Position numbers and translations under genes: made by a program. A stretch of DNA of 64,000 nucleotides from assembly GCA_017499595.2 (NCBI GenBank), contig CM039009.1:2046001-2110000 (forward strand), given 5' to 3'. This DNA is from Psilocybe cubensis (taxonomy: Eukaryota). Position 1 is the first letter of the stretch; each line of letters opens with the position of its first letter. The notes beneath the pieces were generated by a model. It searched no databases and was not told the DNA's origin. It was given only the letters and a program-made list of their open reading frames with translations. Below, one piece after another: positions 38,347-51,800 of the stretch.

Positions 38347-39011
38347 CACTGCGGGCGCCGACCGCTGTAAGTTAAACATACAGCAGAAAACTTACATGTC
38401 TTATGTAAGTTTCGCTGTAAGTTCAACATACAGCACACGTGTATGAAAAGCAAACACTCGACAAAGACATATTGTGTTTGGTGGCTGTATGCCGACCAAA
38501 CACAATTGCTGTAAGTAGATTGTAAATAGAATAAACACCTAAATTACACAAATTGTGTTTGTCCGGTGTTAGTAAAACATACACATTTTCTGTAAATGAC
38601 ACAAAAGCACTTTCTGTAAGTAAAATTTACACAGAAAGAACACTATTTGTGTATGTCAGACTTACACCATTAAATGAATTGAATAACTTGTGTAAGTATA
38701 ACATACACAAATTGTTTTCTTTGTGTGTAATTTTTACTTACAGTAAGTGCTGTTTGTATTACTTACAGAAAATGTGTATGTTTTACTAACACCGGACAAA
38801 CACAATTTGTGTAATTTAGGTGTTTATTCTATTTACAGGCTACTTACAGCAATTGTGTTTGGTCGGCATACAGCCACCAAACACAATATGTCTTTGTTAA
38901 ATTTTTGTTTTCCCGACACATATGCTGTAAGTTGAACATACACCTAAACTTACATAAGACATGTAAGTTTACTGCTGTATGTTTAACTTACAGCAGTCGG
39001 CGCCCGTAGTG
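38347..39011. mobile_element. Non-autonomous CACTA/CMC-type foldback MITE, 665 bp
   Basis: Ends are CACTGCGGGCGCCGAC and (reverse complement) CACTACGGGCGCCGAC. A 3-bp AGA repeat flanks both sides (38344-38346, 39012-39014). The arms are inverted almost to the centre. Confidence 0.9.
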
Positions 39012-39163
39012 AGAACAGTTCTGAAAACTTTGACATTGCCCAGTGAAGCCTGAGATCTAGATTCAGAACCATATGTCCTGGGCCTTAAACTTCGTATGCG
39101 AAACAAAATTTCCTCGGATTATCAAGTTTATTGCCCAGCCTCGCGTATGATACACTAACCAAC

Positions 39164-41219
39164 TCAAGGCACAGTAGCCCAGGTCAAATAACGCTCTGGA
39201 AGCCACGAAGGCGGTGTCCAGTCTTCTCTTTGAATCTGGGCAGCAATAATACTCGCCACGGCTTGGGCGCTAAATAATCAAGCATGATTAATTCAGCGGC
39301 ATGTTTAACAAAGGAAACCACTGACCAAGCGTATGCACGAGGCATTCCATGGCCAGAGTACCCGGCCGAAATGTATTGCCCAGCATATGGGTTCTCTATG
39401 CTCTGCGTGTGAGGGGCAGTCTGAATGGGCTGCACAGGACCAACCTAGAAACACGTTAAATTAAAACAGACATCAGCGAGTGTATCACTTACAAACGGAT
39501 CGCCGCTCTTGGTAAATGCCATGATACCGCTCTGAACAAGATGGTAAATAAGCAATAAAAAAAAGAATAATAATAACGCACCCATTCCATCTCCCACTCT
39601 CCATCTTTCGCGAATTGGTCGGGGAACAGGACAGGGAGGTACGTCCGGATCGCGTTCGAGACGCGCGGGTTGAGCACAGAGTCGTCCCACACACCCACCT
39701 CTTTCGTACGTCCCTCCGACGCGTACCTGCCGCCTCCCAGGATGATGAGCGGGTTCTTATGTTCAGTGTCCTGGTATCTCGGGAACCAATACTCATCACC
39801 ACCGTTCCCGCCGTCCCACGATGTCAGCCATCCCAGAGAAGACGCGTTGACAGATGAACGCACAGCGCCGACTTGTCCTCTTGTAGGCTTGATCCCGTAC
39901 GCCCCACGGGGAAGTTGGGACTCCGTCGAGGATAAATCTACGTCCTGAGCACCGGCGACAGACCCAGGCTTCTCATTCAATCCGTACTCGACAATACTTT
40001 CCGCGTCTTCTTCTTCGAGTCCGGCGAGGAAGGGCAGGAGATGCGAGGCGTAGCCGTTAGTGGCGTGTATGACATACTCGCAGTCAATATTCCCTCGGGG
40101 CGTGTGCAAGTTCCAACGACGGCGCGGCTCTTTTGATGATTCCCGCTCGATCTTCGTGATGGCTGTAACAGGGGTCTTGGTGTGCAGCTCAACCGCCACC
40201 TTGGGTGAGGGAGTTTGGGCGTCCTTGAAGAGATGGGTGACGAGTTTGCATGGCCAGAGGTTGTGACCCCGTTGATGAACAGCGGAGTACCCAAGTTTAG
40301 GGTCCACATGGTACTTCTGCGCGCAGGTCGAATCAGATGGAAACGTAACGAGAAAAAGTAGGCTGACCTTGCTCAGCTCCTCGTTGTCTATCCACTCAAC
40401 CTTCGCGTCCGGGCCGACACTCCCTGCACTCTTGACCTTCTCCCAGTCATCCCGAAAGGCCTGCTCTTCTATTTTGTTTCTCAATAATGTCAAATGTCCA
40501 CCCTCGACCAAATCTACTTCATGTTCCAGTCCATTCTGCTTGATGAACTTGACTATCGCGTCGGATGTATGAGCTTCCAACGCAAAGGATTTCAACGCTT
40601 CTGTTGTATTGTAGCGCGCTTGCAGAGCCGAGAAACCGTGGAAGAGAATGGGAGTCAGGTGTCCGCCGTTTCGTCCTAAACTTTGTCATTCGAGCCCATC
40701 CATTATTGAATCTCAAGAATCTTGCCTGTAGCACCCGAGCCTTTGAACGCTCGATTCAAAGGACGACATGACAGACATAAGAACAAGCTCACAGAACTGA
40801 CGCGCTTCAAGAATAACCACACTCCTCTGGCGTTCATATTCTTTGAGAGAGTTGTCCCCGAGTAACTTGGACAAATGCCAGGCGGCACTGACGCCAGTGA
40901 TACCGCTCCCGATTATACAAATATCTGCGTCCGTTGTGAGCTCACCTGTGCTTCCATATTCTGAGAGAGGGTTGGCATCAGGTGTGTCGATCCAGAATGA
41001 CTTGGTTGGATTATCTACGGGTAATGGAATTCGACTGTCGCTGGTGCCTTTGCGCACATCGTTGGGGTCAAATACAACCTGGCAGTCGTGGATAGTAGCA
41101 GTGTGTGCTACGGCATCTGCATTCTCAATTGATGTGTGGGGTTGACTGGTGTCTATCTGTGACCCTCGTGTTGTATGTAGAGTGCATGTCAGAAGCAGTA
41201 GTATGGTGGTTGAAAGCAT
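39164..41219 (-). CDS. FAD-dependent oxidoreductase (DAO/DadA-PuuB-like), multi-exon
   Basis: PTKSFW, ADICIIGSGITGVSAA (Rossmann GxGxxG), VIHATNGY, PTRGQV, MGFTKSGDP-type motif and AGYSGHGMPRA. Confidence 0.88.
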
Positions 41220-41548
41220 ACTGCTGGGCGAGTCAGCTTGGCGTCGACCAACGTTCCAAAGTTGATCCGACCAGCCGACCATTGCCGTAATCTGCATCAC
41301 TGATCTAATATTGCCCCTATGTGGCACACACTCATCACTTATCCTCAGAGAGACTTTAGAAACATCGTTGATATGGTGTTGAAGAGTTGTACAATTTCAG
41401 AGAGATCGAAATGTATATTACAACCACACACTAATTTAACATTAATCACGGAGTGAATACGACTTTATCAACATGGATTGAGGTGTGCAGTGGAAATTTT
41501 ATGGAAATGGCGTTAAACACTGAAGTCTTTCAAAAGGCGGTCGTGCAT

Positions 41549-41905
41549 CTAGCATTTGCATTCCGATGGCTTGCAAGTGCAACTAAAAAACGTTGAGCCA
41601 AAGCAAGCTATATAAGCGTGCTGACTCACGATGTACAATTGCAAGTGGAGCTACCACAGCCGCTAGCTGAAGACTGGGAAACGGGAGTGCCGCAAGTGCA
41701 TCTGCAGAAGATTGTTAGTCGGAACATAGACGCTGAAGCTGAGCAACTTACTTGTCACCGCACTTGCACGACGTACAGGTGCATCCGTTTGAGGCGCAGG
41801 AAACAGGGGTTGTCTGAAAGATTAAATACACAAAACAAGAAAAACAAATGAACAGATGAACATCGTAAAACTGAAAGAAGAAAGGCTTACCATCATTGCT
41901 TTCAT
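41549..41905 (-). CDS. Long metallothionein MT-4, about 60 aa, 14 Cys: MKAMMTTPVSCASNGCTCTSCKCGDKCTCGTPVSQSSASGCGSSTCNCTSCTCKPSECKC (exons 41905-41891, 41813-41752, 41701-41630, 41582-41549)
   Basis: Three canonical GT-AG introns splice in phase. The 34-nt terminal exon CxCKPxxCKC* is equivalent to that of MT-1/2/3. The choice of start Met is uncertain. Confidence 0.9.
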
Positions 41906-42951
41906 TCTTCTGGAGTATGTGATGGTAAGTGGCTTGGATTCTGAGGGCCTCCGCTCCATTCCAGCCTCCCCTTTTATCCCTTGTGCGAGTGTTGTGCTTT
42001 ATTTACATTCTCTGGGCACTTTCTGGGCGAGGCAATTGTGCGACACCAATCATCGACGATTATGGATTGACGATCGCTCGATCACAAAGCAATGATGTAA
42101 CAGAGATACCTGATTGGCTTCAATAAATGCCTCAGTAGCTGATACATCCGGGAAGCAATTATTGTGCAACAGCTTGTACCCAGACACCACATGTTCCATG
42201 GATAGCAAAATTTTTGAAGCCGAAAAAAGATTGGTTAGAGTGGACAATGAGAAAGATTGCACATGGGTAGGGTAACGGGCAGCCGCATATTTGGACGCCA
42301 GAATGGTGCGGAAGTTCAAACCCTCAATCTTCAGGCTTACAAACGTGGCCGTGTGGCGAAATGGCATCGCGTCTGACTACGATTTCAGCATGCGAATCGC
42401 CTGATTACGTAAAATGGAATTTTTTGCATTATTGGGGTCCCGTGAGGGACTATGTGTTTGATTTCGTAGATAACCGCACGTCTGCGGGTCAGACTGTATA
42501 ACAATTTATTTTTGCGTGGGAGATTCTCTGTAAAGTATGAGCAAAGAAAGACAAGAAAGAAGAGAAAACCCACTCATTTATGAAAAATGATGTCTGTCCG
42601 GGCAAAAAATTATCACATTTCTTTTAAAGATGTGAGTTGAAGAAGTAGAAAAATGCCTTTGGTTTGATATCCTGTATCGAGAGTGAGAAAATAGTGGTTA
42701 CATACAATTGAAGACATTTGCCGAAATGCATATGAGGAAGGAGTCTTGCTCTGGCCAGCCACTGGGTTGACCTGAGGGTTAGGTTGGGGCTGTTGGGTAG
42801 ACATGTTGGAGAGCAAGGAATAGAGGGGCGACTTTTAAGTCTGGCCATTACATGCTAGTTGACTTTAGTCTGCACTAATAGGTATGCTAGTTGGTTGCTA
42901 AACCGTTTAGTCTTTGCGCGCGTCAGTTGTTTAAAAATAGACTTGCCAATG

Positions 42952-43225
42952 AACTTTCTCTGAATCGGAGAAAGTTTGGGCTGTCAGAGGAGTGGGCAAG
43001 AAACTTTCTCCGATTCAGAGAAAGTTTTGTCTTGCTTCTTTTGCGTGTTAACCGTTAACTAGTTTTAAATTCGGCTCGCTTCGCTCGCAGGTTTGTTGTG
43101 CAATACTCGTATCGCCTGCCGCCCTTCGGGCTCCCCCCTCTCCTCATATCGCCTGCCGCCCTTCGGGCTCGCCCCCTTTTCTCGTGAGAGAACCAGGGGC
43201 TTTACCCCCGTCGACGCTTCGCGCC
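42952..43225. repeat. Cluster of inverted and direct repeats and TTC-loop mini-hairpins
   Basis: 42952-42976 and 43002-43026 are exact reverse complements. ATCGCCTGCCGCCCTTCGGGCTC occurs twice. GCTTCGC motifs lie at about 43078 and 43216. Confidence 0.7.
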
Positions 43226-43896
43226 TCCTCATTGATATATTATTTCAATTTAATCATTTTAATTTATCCCTTGGTATTCTTTCCCAATATCATACACAAC
43301 CCGTCGGGTAAGGGAACAAATTGCATGCATATTCAGAACTAAATGGACCCGCTCACCTCTGAAACGTTCTCTCTTTCTATAGAGTATAGAATAGATATAG
43401 ATGCCTCAGTAGCTGGTACATCTGGCTGGAGCGCTAAAGGGCTCAGTAGGAATCACGAGCTTGTTAAAAAGATTCGAATGGACTGTAGAATGAAGAGCAC
43501 ATGAAAAATACAGGAAGCAAGTGCATAGGTCTCGTGAATCTTCACGGTCAGCTTTGGTAATATTTCCGCAATCGAGATATTGTAAAGCCTCGCATGCGTA
43601 TGCTGTCTACCATGCAGCTATAATAGTATGAAACAATACTATATATAAAGTTATCGATGGTCTCTTCGCTCAGCGCATAGCACTCGGATATCTGGAGTGT
43701 TGCACATGTATTACCGCATTCCCAAGTAAAATTTAGCGGGGTGGACACACACAAACAAATTACGACCAAATTCTCACTTCAAATCACGTTGTGCAACCAT
43801 GAATATTCTAGAATTGTCTACCAGAACCACTCCGTAATCGTTTCCGGGTTTTTACTGGCTCTGTGGCTGCGCCCCTCGCTTGGTGACTTCGTATAT

Positions 43897-46160
43897 CTAG
43901 GCAATACTGGTCTCCGATTCCGAATCAGGGATGTCAAAAGGTATATGTCGAAAATCGTCAAGGCATGACCACCATTTCTTGGAAAACGGAACTTCGTGGT
44001 AGGCAGATCCTTGAATGACCGGCGACGAGAGTTGTCTTTCTAGTTCCTCGTCTCTCGATCCCTTATCAATGGTCAGAGCCCTGTATTGGAAGAGTGCGCG
44101 TAGTAGTGAATCAAATGAAGATGCCGACTTTGGGAAATGACTGATTATCAGACGACATTCTTCGGCATATAACGCCGAAGTGTAGAAGAGCAAAGTTGGA
44201 ATGCCTGCAGTATCAGATGTGCTGAACGAAGACATTTCCTCCACCAGTTTACGGTTTATGAACACTAAAATATCATCGAAGATTTGTGTTATTCCAGGAT
44301 CCTGACTGAGCAGCGCCAATCCGTGCTGGGAAAGGCTTAATCGCCTACCGAACGAAATCATGTATCCACGAAGAGCATCATTCCTTGCACAGGGCATGTC
44401 GACGAGCATATGTGGCGATTTCTCCCTGCTAATTTGATCGAATAACATCATAACAATTTGAGCAACCTGCCACACAAAACCTGAAAAGGAATACGCGGTA
44501 AATAGATGGAAAGCACATTCAAGATAAATGAACTCGCCGGAATATTGGTCGTAAGGTATAATACCGTCAATTGGATTATAGGTGTATTTGTGGAGTATCA
44601 TACAAAGCGGAAGACGACCCTGTTGCATATCTTCTGGCACTGGGTGTCGGCTTTCATACAAACAGCGCACCAGACGCACTTGTAGTTCTGCTTTGTGCAT
44701 GGACATCCTCTCATTTTCAGGTGAAATCGCGAACAAAAAGTTGAACAAGTTTTGATGCTTCAATAGTAGGGCTGACTGTGGAAATGATAGATAGAAATCA
44801 TTGTAAAAGTCCGTGAGGCAAACATCGCGAACAGCATGTTTCATTTTTGCGGCCACTATATCATGCAAGAAAGAGAGCTGAGGGCAATCTACTGCCAAGC
44901 CACTCCGAATATCCGGAGAGAGCGCTATATCACAGATTTCAGAAAATGCGTGATACGCAGGGGAAATGTCCGGGTGTGTTTTCGAAGTAAGGCCTTGTAA
45001 GATATCCCAGATTGGAAGAGCATTATCGACTTCAGCCTGTTCAGAAAGCCGATACCACTTGAGTGGGCGACAAAATGATGTGCGCATATACCTGTCACGT
45101 ATCGCAAGCCAATTCAGATCTACAGTTGGCCACGCCTTCGCTGATGGATCAATATACACGGGGAACGTGTCATCAGCAGTGTTGTTCATATCTTGGTGCC
45201 AAAGTGACGTCGGGGCCAATCGGCGCATCCTTTGCCATGCAAAACAGATACTTGGGTGCAGTCGACGTAGAAAACCGAACAGCGGACGTGAAATGATACG
45301 AATAGTCTCTGATTGGGGCGATTTATATGGGCACTGAGTTGGGGGTCTGCTTACTCCTCCCGGAGCTGGGAACCTGAAAAAAAGAGAAAGCTCCTGGACA
45401 GTTGGTAGGATCGTGGTCGCAATAAGAAATAAAAGAGTGGTTCCTATCATGAACGTTACAGGTATGGCCACAGAGACATGGCCAAAAGCAAAAAGAAAAT
45501 CAATCATCCCCGTAAAGAACAACACCAGAGCAGATTGAAGGAGGATAGGCATAGCGTTGAATATTCTATGAACATGCCACTTCTTCAGCCCTTCATTCCT
45601 CATGTTGAATACTGCATATTGTTGGCGCGGTGATAAATCCGTGTAGTTTTGGTGCTCCCGTAACCACTGAAGGGAAACCGTCCCTAACAAAACCGTCGTC
45701 AAGCTGAGGATGAGACTCGAGAACCAAAAGACGTTAACTCTAATGGATGATAAAGTGGGAAAGAACTTTGTTGGGAGCAGCGGTAGTGGCGGATGCTGAA
45801 CAGGAACAGTGCTGTTGTGCGGCCCAAGTTGGGACACTATTTGTGAAAGCAGAATAACGATATCGCTTTCTGGGTCCCTCTGGAGGCCCCTGTAAGATTC
45901 GACGATAAATGCTGTTGCGACGGCCGAGAAAAGACCAGCCTTGTGTGTGTTAGCGATGATTCACTCGCGAGGTGGCAGCAGTCTCGACATACAAAGATCA
46001 ACAAATTTTGAACTTCATCTTTCCAAGTGTCACACCGCGCTTTATCTTTCTTCAATAGCGGCTCCAAAAGCAGCAACCAATGGTCTTCGTCAGGTTTTTC
46101 AGGTGCAAACTGAAACTCGTCATCCATCTGCCAGACTTCTCGGACTTTAGGTTCGCACAT
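43897..46160 (-). CDS. DUF6535-like membrane protein (Agaricomycete expanded family); 5' end uncertain
   Basis: CDTWKDEVQNLLIF-(intron)-AGLFSAVATAFIVESY, SIRVNVFWFSSLILSLTTVLLGTVSLQWLRE and CPYKSPQS. Confidence 0.8.
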
Positions 46161-46686
46161 CTGTGGTTCATTCTATTCAGCAAGTGTGTCAGAACTTCGA
46201 ACTAGACAAGCAAATCTGTTAGGGCTTACTTTCGATGAGCGTCTTCCAGATTCTCCTTGAGCAAGGCATACAGAAGAGCGTGAATGGATGGCCATGATGC
46301 AACACTGATACTATGGTTGTCACGGTAAACATCTGAGGTAGATATATAGAGATGTTCACGTTGCTGCTTCAGACAGTGTGAATAGATAGCAATGTGGTCT
46401 TCCTGTTTCTGCGACAGGATCATGATGGAAAGAAGCATCCAATCCAATGAAGTTCGTTGAAACGAAACAAAACTGTAGAGGTACAACCACGAAAGTTGAT
46501 CCTCCCTTCTTGATCGGAAAAAGTCGCATGACGTAGTAGGCCCCTATTTAGCCCCTATCCGATCTTTGTCTTTGTACTTCAAATTCCCACTAAGAAAATT
46601 AAACGCGATTGAATATTTCGGTAGGACAAAGAATGTGGTTATAGTAATTTCAGTACACCCAGAATCAAAACTCTTAGTTGCCTCTA

Positions 46687-48878
46687 CTAAGCTGCCTCAA
46701 GAATTAATTTCTTGATGGCGAAAGACCGCGGAATGAAAGAGCACTCGAATTCACGTTTACGCCTGGAGAAAACCCAAATTTCTTTAGTAATATTCACGGA
46801 AGTTGTTGAGTCATATATAATGACTTACATGAGTAATCCGCTCTCCTCGTAGGACGTATCAACCTCTATCTCATTACCAAGTTTATCTTTGGCCTTCTCA
46901 ATGTTAAAGCATGCGAGCACTGATGCTATTTGAAGCCATAGCTGTGTCATAAATTTCAGTAAACTGATAAATAGAGTTCAACGAGAGAAAATAATCAATC
47001 AAGACTTACCGTGCTACTCGCAATAGATTTTCCAACACAAATCCTTCAGTGTCGAAATCATGAGCATACATGGAATCATAAGAGTCTACAATAGTGGCTC
47101 ACCTGCGTCCAAACCCGTATGCAAGTACTCTATCGTCATCGTTTAGTTTCCCATTCGAGTCAAAGAATCGCTCAGGCTTGAACGAAAACGGGTCTGGATA
47201 CACGTTCTCGTCATGTGTCATGGCCCTTTTGAAGTTCTAGATTAACAATGATTCCTAAAGCATTTAAGGAATCCTTACCATATGTTCGGGTACACGAGGG
47301 TACCTAGGCAAAAACTGTCAGATGGGCGAGTTATAATTCGAATACCGAGAATATAGCGCACCTTTTGGAATAAAATAACCTTTGTAATGATGATCCTCTG
47401 CAGAAAGCGAGTGAGGAACGGCCAAGGGCAATGGCGGCTTAAACCGTAATAACTCTCGGTATATGGCTTCGAGATAGGGCAATGACTTGCGGTCGTCCAA
47501 CGTCGGAAGACGTTTTGAACCTACCACGCGGTCAAGTTCTTCTTGGGCCTTCCTTTGAATCTCGGGATGGAGAGCCATTTGGCAGAAGAACGTCCCAGAT
47601 GAGGAAATTGTCTTTTTGAGGCACTGTAAGCGTCAAGAATTTGTGTTCTGAGATGTTTGACAAACCGTATCTGAAGCGGCTAGTATGTACAAAATGGCAT
47701 ATGAGGCTAGGATTTCCGTTAACATCAACCGTCTTACGTACCACCATATACTGTGTACGCGATATTCTTGATAATGTCTTCTTCTTGTTCTGTCGCACCG
47801 ACAGAGTATTTCTTTTCATAGAAGTCTGTCACTAGGGACGAAGTCGCAGTTCCTTCAGCCTGAGTTTCATGTCAACATGGTTCTTTGCTAGCCAATTCGT
47901 AGAGAGAGAGTATCTCACCAGGCTCTTCTTCACAAACTCTGTAGGAATTCTCATCATTTCTGCGGTGAGATCTTTGACTTCCTTTGCTTCTTTGTGAGAC
48001 GTAGCACCAGGGACCCATGGAGGAATGTGCCGAAGGATGGGAAATATATTAATGAGGCTTCCGCCAGGGGCCATTAAGCGGGAGCCAATGACATTTCCGG
48101 CTTCTGCTACTTCTATAACTCGGTCATGAATGGACTTGATATCATATCCATACATCATGTTCATCGTCAGTGACACCGAAAGCCTAGGAAAAAGGGGCAT
48201 ACATTAGCATGATCAATTATTCTCGGGGTGTGGTCCAATTTAGGATTAGCTTACACTTTGTTATGGGCGTCAAATTGTTCGGGCGTCTCAATAAGGGACT
48301 GAAGGAATCCGCGCACTTTCTCCATCTGAAGCGACTCGTATTTTCGAGCGGTTTGAGGATTGAAATTCTGCTGGCAGACCCTCCGGTGTTGTCTCCATTC
48401 ATCTCCGTAAGGCAGCAAGGCAACATTAAATTCCCATCCCATTCTGTTGAAAAAATATAAATCAGAACTTGGGGGATTTGGCGACATTAGATGCCAGGCT
48501 CACAGTGGAAAAATGGGCATCTGTGGTCTGTCAGAGTACAATTTGGCGTGTTGCTCGAGCAGGGCAATCGCATCTTCGCGACTGTTAAGAATGACTACAT
48601 GATTCCCCAAAGCTTCTGCATGAAGAATGTCACCTGTAGCAGTTTGATTAGAACACGTTTTTTAATTACATGAGAAACGTACTTTTGTACTTCTTCCCCC
48701 ACTCCACATATTCCTGCGCTAGACTACTTGAAGGAAAGTCCAGCATATTTCCGATCAGGGGCAAAGGCTTGGGACCAGGAGGGTATGGCGCCCGTTTCCT
48801 ATTAGAGGCATGGTCTACAAGTCTTTTGACCACCCATAGCGCCAACGCGGCGTAGACGAAAGAGGTTGAGATGGACAT
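46687..48878 (-). CDS. Cytochrome P450 (CYP64-like clan), multi-exon with micro-exons
   Basis: N-terminal TM plus [18 protein letters not shown], ExxR (ELLR), FKPERF and heme motif YGFGRR-ICVG. A 14-nt ASDT micro-exon lies near 47666-47679. Confidence 0.92.
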
Positions 48879-51800
48879 TTGCTATCGCAAAATCACTCTC
48901 GAAGCGCTTGAAGATTAGGTTTCCAACTTTTCATCGTTATCTTTCTCGCTATATATATGTCAGTGTAAAGATCACCCATCTACCGAAGCGTCAAGCGAGC
49001 GTGGAGTATTTAGGATCTGGTAGGGCTTTACGACCAGTACCCTTGTGAATGGACGGCGAATTGAAACGCTGTGAAAGGGTGCGAAAGATAGAAGCGCCGG
49101 AGCTACATACCTGAAAATCATTCCTTCCGCTTGGAAGCAGTTTACAGGTATCCACCTGCCACATTATGATAGGTAACGTCAAGAGCAATAGCTTATTCAT
49201 ACAAAGCCCATCCTTCACTTGTTATTGGGCAAATTTTGAATATTTGGGTTTAATTCATAATAATTTGCCACAAAGAAGTAATTTCGTTACGGATTTGTGC
49301 AAAATTCTGCAATTTTTAACCCTGTTGCTGACGGCTTGCCTAGGACTTGCTTCTTCCCGCCACATGAACCATGACGATCCCCGAAGACAACTGTTCAATG
49401 ATCTCACAAGATGTCAAGGTGTCCGAAGAAAATGCCACGATCCAAGGCAGCGCCAAGTCTCGTTGGCTCACACAGAACTCGACGATTGCTTGAGCTCAGC
49501 AAAAGGCGAACGTCCAGACCACATTGGCATCGGGCCTACGGTTGAATATCCGAATTTCTGTATAAGATGAAGATACAAAGATTCGATAAGAGAATGAGAA
49601 CTATGAAGAAAAGTTACAGTCCATGAAACTTGGCGAAAGTGTTCAAAGAATATCTGTGATGGGGCCGGCACTGGCAGATGGCCATCGACAGTTGTCGACT
49701 GATCGTTCAACAACTCGAAACGTAAGGAGCCCAACGTTAGTACAATGCTCCTGTCCATGATACGTACTTCGGTGTCGTTTAATCAAATACTGCAGTTCAA
49801 TCGCAGATGGCTATCAAATCCAGTTGACAAGTCATAATGCACTAACAAGTCATGATAGTATTGACTCTATAGTAACAATATATACAATTGCGAAAATGAA
49901 GATGCGTACCATTGGAGTACTATATTATAGTGAATGCTATCCATTTTTACATGCAAACTCGCACTCCAAACAGTTGGTGCATATCACTATTATTTCATGA
50001 CATCCACAGTGAGCGCTTTCCGTGAAATTGAATAGTACACAACTCATGATCAGGGTGCTAGCGTAATTAGAACACTATGATTAAAGAGACAGTCATCGGG
50101 TTATGAGGCATAACCAGTGGCGTATCCGAACAAGATATGAAATTGTCATAGAGCGCATAGGACAAAGCACAGGACAATATAGAGCCACAACGAACATTCG
50201 AATAGTACAACAACATTCAAAATCAAGGCAGAGCGCAAACATAGTACAAAGTAACGTCGAAAACAACAAGCAACTAGTGAGTAGGCATAGGAGTATCCAA
50301 TTCAGTGTCAGTGTACACAGCCAAGAAACACCATTTCCGCCCCATTAATCTTACCAACTCAAAGGGTCTGCTTCAGGTACGACACGGCCCTACATCTTCC
50401 CTTCATCAGTCGTGACATTCTTCCCGGCGCTCGAATCGACATCCGTTTCTCCGTCCCTGCTAGCGCTGCTATACGCTGCTTTCAACTGCTCCGCAATGAC
50501 CACACCAGCCCTTTCCACCCCACCCAACGGACTACTCTTAAACCTAGTGCCCTTACTCGTCGTAGGGACAGCGACACGCAAACCCGGAGTGGTAGTACTA
50601 CCCGCATGCACGCCTGCACCAGAAACGTTACCAGCATGTGAAGCGCTTCCACTGACAGCCGCCGTACCCATCATAGACGGAACCGGCGTCACAAGTGGGG
50701 ACGTCGTCGCAGACCCAGGGGCCGATGCAGCAAGGGCGTCCGCGACTCTCAAACCGCCACCTCCCAGCGAAGGCACCGGGCTTGGCGCGATACTCCCAAC
50801 GGGTGTACCAACAGCTGAAGTCTGTGCCTGTCCATGAGCCGCCTGAGCCAACCTGCGCTTGCGATCCAGCAGAATCGCCTCGAGCGGTGCAGGCGACGTG
50901 CTTCTCGAAGGAACTTTATCGATCTTATGCGCAGTGGAAAGATTAGGGCCAACGCTTGTACTCGCACTAACACTGAGTGGCAAAGGGAAAGATGGTTGTG
51001 TCACAGCAGCAGGCGCTGCAGCACCAAGATTTACATGACCACTAGGTGCAGTGGTGGCTTCCGTTGATGGTGAGTTCAAAGTGCTATCAGGCGAAGTAGG
51101 CTTCAACGATGTTAAAACACCAGAGTCTGAAGACGATACGCTGCTGTGTTGCTCAAGTATGACAGACGGGGGACTACGACCTGGACTCCTAATTGGCTTC
51201 GGCATCTGAATAGGGGTAGCCGTATTGTGCATCGGTTCCCTAGCGCCAGAGTTAAGATCAACATGGGCCACTTCTCCAATCCGGACCGATTTGACAGGTG
51301 TTGCGCCCTCCGTCGCGTCAGTACTTCGCTCGGGAGCATCACGCTCCTCACGGGGGACAGGCGGAGCACTCCTGGTTCTAAAAAACCCTAAACCTTTCAA
51401 AGCTGTAGGGATCTGTGCGGTCAAAGTCGAGGGACCTTTCTGATGTGCATGTGTCCGAGCTGCTTCTGCGCCATGGGTAGAACTTGGGAGTCCGTGTTCG
51501 GCTTCAGTTTGAATGACGACCTGGGGAGGAACTTCATATGGGTCTCCGTGAGCACCTTGAGTATCAAATTCGTCATAAATCTCCTCTCCAATAAGCTCTG
51601 CGAGATCCTCGTCAGCCAAGACCTGTCCGAACAACTATGCAAACATACCTTCGAGCACGTCTTCAAGTGTTATAATTCCGAGAGGCATAACAGCAGGATC
51701 GAATCCTTGCAAAAACTACAAACAAAAAAATCCATGAGCCCAGTGTTACCCTAACGTTAATGTTGACACACCTCCGCAGCGCCTTCCTTTGCCAGGACAG

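Noticed and set aside
42613-42816. RiPP (MSDIN-like) precursor
   Set aside because: The short ORF lacks the MSDIN/MFDTN leader, the LP...P core boundaries and a repeated-core architecture.
42127-43422. 22-bp near-direct repeat ATGCCTCAGTAGCTGRTACATC as a target-site duplication
   Set aside because: It has one mismatch and no poly-A, TIR or other element hallmark abutting it. It is more likely a remnant of duplicated coding sequence (PDVSATEA/PDVPATEA), and this cannot be resolved here.
49166-49790. ORFs between the P450 and MAM3
   Set aside because: They are short and stop-interrupted, with no motif or credible exon chain.
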